DNA of 26,358 nt from an uncultured delta proteobacterium (GTDB taxonomy: Bacteria; Myxococcota; Myxococcia; Myxococcales; Anaeromyxobacteraceae), in the NCBI GenBank assembly GCA_963766715.1, contig CAVYBH010000003.1, positions 1-26,358 of the forward strand, read 5' to 3'. A model generated the notes under the pieces. That model searched no databases. It was not told the DNA's origin and saw nothing but the letters and a program-made list of their open reading frames with translations. The translations under genes and the position numbers were made by a program. Below are positions 19,895 to 26,358 of this stretch, one piece after another (position 1 is the stretch's first letter; every line of letters begins with the position of its first letter).

Positions 19895-19903
19895 ACCGCA
19901 GGC

Positions 19904-21472
<1,569 letters not shown>

Positions 21473-21530
21473 TCGGGGCGGGACCCGACGGGGAGCTTCC
21501 GCTTCCCTGTCACGGGGCTAACGTGGGGGG

Positions 21531-22349
21531 ATGCGCACCGCCGTGGTCACCGGGTCCCAGTCCGGCATGGGGCTGGCCATTCGACAGGAGCTCGAGTCGA
21601 AGGGCTGGCGCGTCCTGGGCGTCGACCTCCCCGGCAAGGGCGCCGAGGTGACCGCCGACCTCTCCAGCGAGGCCGGCCGGTCCGCGGCCGCGAGCGCGCT
21701 CCTCGCCGCGTCTGGCGGGCGCCTCGAGGCGGTCGCCGCCAACGCCGGGGTGGACGTCCCCAAGCCCGAACTGGTCTTCGGCCTCAACTACTTCGGCGTC
21801 GTCGACCTGCTCCGGCTCCTCCGTCCGGCGCTCGTCGCCGCGGGCCGGTCCCGCGTGGCCGTGAACGTCTCCAACTCCATCTTCGTCACGCCGGGCATCC
21901 CGCCCGCCCCGGTGCAGGCGCTCCTCGACGGCAACGCCGTCCGGGCGGTCCGGCTCCTCGAGGCCCAGCCCGCGCTCGCCTATCCGGTGAGCAAGCTGGC
22001 CGTGGCGCGGTGGATCCGCGAATCGGCCCCGTCCGCCGACTGGGCCGGCTCCGGGATCTCGATGAACGGGGTCTGCCCCGGCGCGGTGATGACTCCCTTG
22101 CTCGAGCGCGACCTCGCCGACCCGCGCAAGGGCCCCTTCATCCGCAAGCTCCCCCGGCCGCTGGGCGAGTTCACGCCGCCGCAGGCCGTGGCCGAGCTCT
22201 TCGAGTTCCTGCTCTCCGAGCGGGCGCGCTTCCTCGTCGGGCAGCTCATCTCCATCGACGGCGGCAACGAGTCGGCCTGGCGCGCCGGCGACTGGCCGCG
22301 GGCCTGGGACATGGAGCTGCAGGCCTTCCGGCGGCTGATCGGCGCCTGA
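21531..22349 (+). CDS. Short-chain dehydrogenase/reductase
   Basis: 'VVTGSQSGMG', 'ANAG', 'YPVSK' (YxxxK), 'VCPGAVMT', 'GQLISIDGG'. Intact 272 aa. Confidence 0.9.
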   Translation: MRTAVVTGSQSGMGLAIRQELESKGWRVLGVDLPGKGAEVTADLSSEAGRSAAASALLAASGGRLEAVAANAGVDVPKPELVFGLNYFGVVDLLRLLRPALVAAGRSRVAVNVSNSIFVTPGIPPAPVQALLDGNAVRAVRLLEAQPALAYPVSKLAVARWIRESAPSADWAGSGISMNGVCPGAVMTPLLERDLADPRKGPFIRKLPRPLGEFTPPQAVAELFEFLLSERARFLVGQLISIDGGNESAWRAGDWPRAWDMELQAFRRLIGA

Positions 22350-22372
22350 ACCGGGCGCCGGCCGGGGAGACG

Positions 22373-23094
22373 TCAGGCGAGGTTGTGGAACACCCGCTGG
22401 ACGTCCTCGTCCTGCTCGAGCGCGTCGATCATCTCGAGGACCTCCTTCGCCTGCTCCTCGGGCAGCGTCACCGGGTTCTGCGGGATGTACTCCAGCTCGG
22501 CGGAGAGCACCGGGAGCTTGCGCTCCTCGAGCGCGGCGCCCAGCTGGCCGAAGTTCGCGAAGGCGCAGCGGATGACGACCTGCTTCTCGCCCTTCTCCCC
22601 CGTGCCCTCGCCCATCTCCTCGAGCCCGTGATCGATGAGGTCGAGCTCGAGCGTCTCCTGGTCGATCCCTTCCGGCGCCAGGCGGAAGACCCCCATCTTC
22701 TGGAACTGGAAGGCGACGCTGCCGGTCGTGCCCAGGTTGCCTCCGTGGTTCTTGAAGCCCATCCGGACGTTGGCCACGGTGCGGACCACGTTGTCGGTCG
22801 CGGTCTCGACCACCACCGCGATCCCGTGCGGCCCGTAGCCCTCGTAGAGCACCACCTCGTAGGCCTGCTGGTCCTGGCCGCTGGCCCGCTTGATGGCGGC
22901 CTCGACCTTGTCCTTCGGCATGTTGGCGCCGCGGGCGTTCTGCAGGGCGCGGCGGAGGGAGGAGTTGCCTTCGGGTTCGGCCCCCCGGCCTTCACGGCGA
23001 TGGCGATGTCCTTGCTGATGCGCGTGAAGACCTTCGCCATCTTGTTCCACCGGGCGAACATGGTGGCCTTGCGGGTCTCGAAGATGCGTCCCAT
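22373..23094 (-). CDS. yebC: YebC/PmpR family protein (one-base frameshift near 22973)
   Basis: '[16 protein letters not shown]', '[15 protein letters not shown]', 'YEGYGPHG', 'TDNVVRT', '[13 protein letters not shown]'. Confidence 0.93.
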
Positions 23095-23139
23095 AGCAGG
23101 GGCGGATATCGCACCGACGGCCCCCCACGCAAGCACCGC

Positions 23140-25357
23140 GTGAGCTACCATCCCGGCCGGGGCCGATCCTGGACCACTACGCACGACAGCGACTGGGCGT
23201 CTTCGCCCTCCTGGCCACGTTCCTCATCGTGGCGGTACCCTCCGTTCAGCTACGCCGAGACGGTGGAGGCCCACACGTGGGTCAGCCGGACCGTCGCGTT
23301 CCAGCTCGCGTCACGTCGTTTCGGGTCTGGATCCAGCGTGGGACGAACGAGGTGCTCGTGTCGTTCCTGGGCCTCGACACGACCGACGAGCGGCTCGTAC
23401 AGGATGACCGCATCCGCGCCCGGGCCGAGCTGGCCGCGATCCGGGAGTTCGTCGCGGGCGACCCGGACCAGGTGGCCCGGGTGGACGAGCTCTCGGCACT
23501 GCTCGACCGGCGCATCTACCTGGAGGACGTCGCCGTCGCGGCGTACCGGGCCACTGGCCCGGAGGGCGCGGCGACAATCCTCGCCGGAAGCGACTGGCGG
23601 GCCGACCGGATGCGCATCCGCGCCATCACGTCGGCCCTGCTGCGGAAGGCGAACGACGACTTCAAGGCCCGCGAGGGCCTACTACGCCTCCATGATGCGC
23701 CGGATCCGGGTCGCCCTGGTCGCCGGCCTCCTGCTCATGCTCGGCACGCTCCTCTTCCTGCTTCGACAGATGCAGGCTTCGCTAGCAGGCGCGCGAGCTG
23801 GCCCGGCGCCGGCGCGCCGACCTCGAGGCCGTCCTCGACACGGTCCCGGCCGCGGTCTTCATCTCGCGGGACCCGGAGTGCCAGGACGTCCGGGGAAGCC
23901 AAACCGCCGAGGTTCTCGTCGGCGCTCCGCGAGGAGCCAACCTCTCCCCGTCGCCGTCCGGGAAGTGGCCGGAGAGCGGCCTCCAGGTCCTCCGGGACGG
24001 CGTGGAGGTTCCCCGGTCGGAGCTGCCCCTCGACGTGGCGGCCCGGACCGGCGCGCCCGTCGACGACCCGCCAGCTGGACCTGTCGTTCCCGGACGGGAG
24101 CCGGCGCCACGTGCTGGCCACCGCCGTCCCGCTCCTCGACGCACACGGCGCGCCGCGCGGCGCGGTGGGGGCCTTCGTCGACGTCACCGACGTGGTCGCC
24201 GTGGCGCACGAGCTCCGGGCCACGCTGGAGCAGAACCGGACGCTGCTCGCCTCGGTTCGCCGCAGCGAGCTGCTCTACCGGGAGATGGCCCGCAACTTCC
24301 CGAGTGGCGCCATCGCCCTCTTCGATCACGACCTGCGCTTCCTGCTCTTCGACGGGACCCAGTTCGCGCTCCGCCGGGCCCCGGAGACCAACGTGGGGCG
24401 GACGCTCGCCGAGATCTTCCCGCCCGACCTCGCCGAGCGCCTCGCGGGGGTCCACCAGGACGCAGTGGCCGGCCGGAACGGGCGCGTCGAGGTGGAGATC
24501 GCCGGGCGCATCATCGAGATCCGCTCCAGCCCGGTGCGCGACGAGACGGGCGCGGTGATCATGGGAATCGCGGTCTCCCAGGACGTCACCGAGGAACGGT
24601 CCCTGCGCGCGCAGCTGGCGGTCTCCTCCCGGCTCGCGTCGCTGGGCACGCTGGTGGCGGGGGTCGCGCACGAGGTGAACAACCCGCTGGCCGGGACGCT
24701 GGCCAGCCTCGCCACGGCCATCGAGGATCAGCGGGAGATCTCGAGACGCCTGCGTGGCGAGAGCGTCCTCGACCGCGAGGGGCTGGCGGCGGCCTCCGAC
24801 CAGATCGTGGAGATCCTCCTCGACGCCCAGGTGGGCGGCGATCGCATCAGCCGGATCGTGAAGGACCTGGCGCTCTTCGGACGGCCCAACCCCATGCGCA
24901 CGCGGGTTCGCCTGGGAGACGTGGTGACGGCCTCCATGCGCTGGCTTCCCTCGTCGGTGGGGCGGGCCGCCACGGTGCGGGTCGACGACCTCGGTGCACC
25001 CGACGTGCATGCCTCGGCCGGCCAGCTGGAGCAGGTGGTCGTGAACCTGGTCACAACGCCGCCTTCTCCATCCCCGGAGGGGCGCGCGGGGAGATCGACC
25101 TCCGGCTGTCCCAATCGGACGGAGGACGCGCGGTGCTGGAGGTGGCGGACAACGGGGCGGGCATCGACGCGGCGACGATGGAGCGGATCTTCGACCCGTT
25201 CTTCACCACGCGGGACGTGGGCCAGGGCATGGGGCTTGGCCTGCCCATCTGCCACGCCATCGTCACCGCGCACGGCGGGACGCTGACCGCCGTCAGCGTC
25301 CCCGGCGAGGGCTCGACGTTCCGGCTCGAGCTGCCGCCCCTGTCCCCGGTGGAGTGA
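23140..25357 (+). CDS. Membrane sensor histidine kinase: TM - CHASE3-like - TM - PAS/PAC - PAS - HisKA - HATPase; frameshifted
   Basis: TM '[15 protein letters not shown]', 'AHTWVSRT', '[19 protein letters not shown]', TM '[18 protein letters not shown]', PAC '[22 protein letters not shown]', H-box '[11 protein letters not shown]', 'QVVVNLV', 'DNGAGI', 'IFDPFFTT', 'GMGLGL'. Start is approximate. Confidence 0.85.
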
Positions 25358-25389
25358 GCGCCGGACTTCTCCTATAGTGTCGTGCGATC

Positions 25390-25868
25390 ATGGCCGGCCC
25401 CATCCTCCAGGCCCTCGACGAGACCTTCCCCGAGATCTGCTGGGGACAGCCGGAGGGCGAGATCCGACCGCCTTTCCGGGTGGCCGGATGGAGCCCGGAC
25501 GGTCCTACGCCGTCGAGCACTGCCTGGTCGGATATCCCTACCCGCTCGTCCTGATCTTCACCTTCGACCGGGGGCTGAGCGCGGTGTCGGTCGAGTACCC
25601 CCGCAGCTTCGACCTGGCCACCGGCGACATGCAGTTGCCCGGGCGCATGGTGGCCGAGAGCATCTACCGCCACCTCTCCGCGCTGCTCATCATCGCCTTC
25701 GGCGGTGCGCCCCTGCCGGTGGCGGAACCGCTCCCGGCGGAGCGAGGCGACCAGGTGCTCGCCGACCACACCTGGACCACCCGGGAGTCCGTCGTCCGGA
25801 TCGAGTTCCGGCTCCAGTCCGGGCTGGGGCGGGTCCACGTGGAGATGCGGGCCGCCACGCGCCCCTGA
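25390..25868 (+). CDS. Hypothetical protein (~160 aa; probable indel near 25466)
   Basis: ATG 25390 gives 'MAGPILQALDETFPEICWGQPEGEIR', which joins ORF 25377..25868 'AFPGGRMEPGRSYAVEHCLVGYPYPLVLIFTFDRGL...'. GC3-biased codons; TATAGT at 25373-25378. Confidence 0.55.
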
Positions 25869-25980
25869 TGGCGCGGCGCGCCATCCGGTTCGTGCCAGGC
25901 TCAACTGAAGCTTGCGGCGAGCGCTGCACGGTGTAGAAAGGTCCGGTCAATTCATTGGATTCCCAGGAGGGATCTCCACC

Positions 25981-26358
25981 ATGCGCAAGGCACCCAAGGT
26001 CCTCGTCGCTTCGGCCGCCCTCGCGGCGGCCGCACCCGCCGCCGCCCAGTACACCTCACCCAGCCCGGCCAGGCGCCGCAGCCGGTGCAACAGCTCCAGA
26101 TCTGGAACAACATCCCCCGCGTCAACCTGGGCGTCAAAGTCTTCAACTCGGGCTGGTACAACTGCCACTACTGGAGCGCTACTACCCCAGCTACCCTCGG
26201 GCTCCTGTGAGCGACATCCCCTTCGCGGTCGGCCCCCAAATCGACTTCACCTGCAGGGGATGAACAACATCACCGTCGGCTTCAACGTGTTCCTCGGCAC
26301 CGCCACGGGCACGATCTACGACACTTTCGGCGCTGCAGTGAGCGCCTCGAAGAGCGTG
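25981..26358 (+). CDS. Exported hypothetical protein, possibly an outer-membrane beta-barrel; runs off the window edge, frameshifted
   Basis: SD AGGAGG; signal peptide 'MRKAPKVLVASAALAAAAPAAAQ'; beta-strand-like segments 'PRVNLGVKVF', 'AVGPQIDF', 'ITVGFNVFLG'. Confidence 0.55.
   Translation, partial: MRKAPKVLVASAALAAAAPAAAQYTSPSPARRRSRCNSSRSGTTSPASTWASKSSTRAGTTATTGALLPQLPSGSCERHPLRGRPPNRLHLQGMNNITVGFNVFLGTATGTIYDTFGAAVSASKSV

Overview
Very GC-rich bacterial DNA. Gene content and style suggest an Anaeromyxobacter-like member of Myxococcota (inference). Many genes carry 1-2 nt indels, mostly in homopolymer runs, which look like long-read assembly errors; I reconstructed these genes across frames. 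Order: end of a GH15 hydrolase; a polyamine operon (homospermidine synthase, fold-type-III ornithine/lysine decarboxylase, Pro-1 tautomerase); two exported proteins (a low-complexity repeat protein and an LTxxQ Spy/CpxP-like protein); a ROK glucokinase converging on a tightly coupled minus-strand operon tal-pgi-gnd-zwf-pgl-rpiB-glgP-pgm; a nitric-oxide module; an SDR; yebC; an orphan CHASE3/PAS histidine kinase; two hypothetical proteins. The NO module is the best candidate for an undescribed system. A single-domain hemerythrin and a quinol-dependent NO reductase are preceded by a clear sigma54 -24/-12 promoter and two tandem 20-bp quasi-palindromes. They lie divergent from a GAF-AAA+-HTH activator that appears to lack the NorR iron-ligand motifs and has a Cys-Cys pair instead. 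The layout matches norRAB but appears built from different parts. No rRNA, tRNA, CRISPR array or mobile element was recognised.
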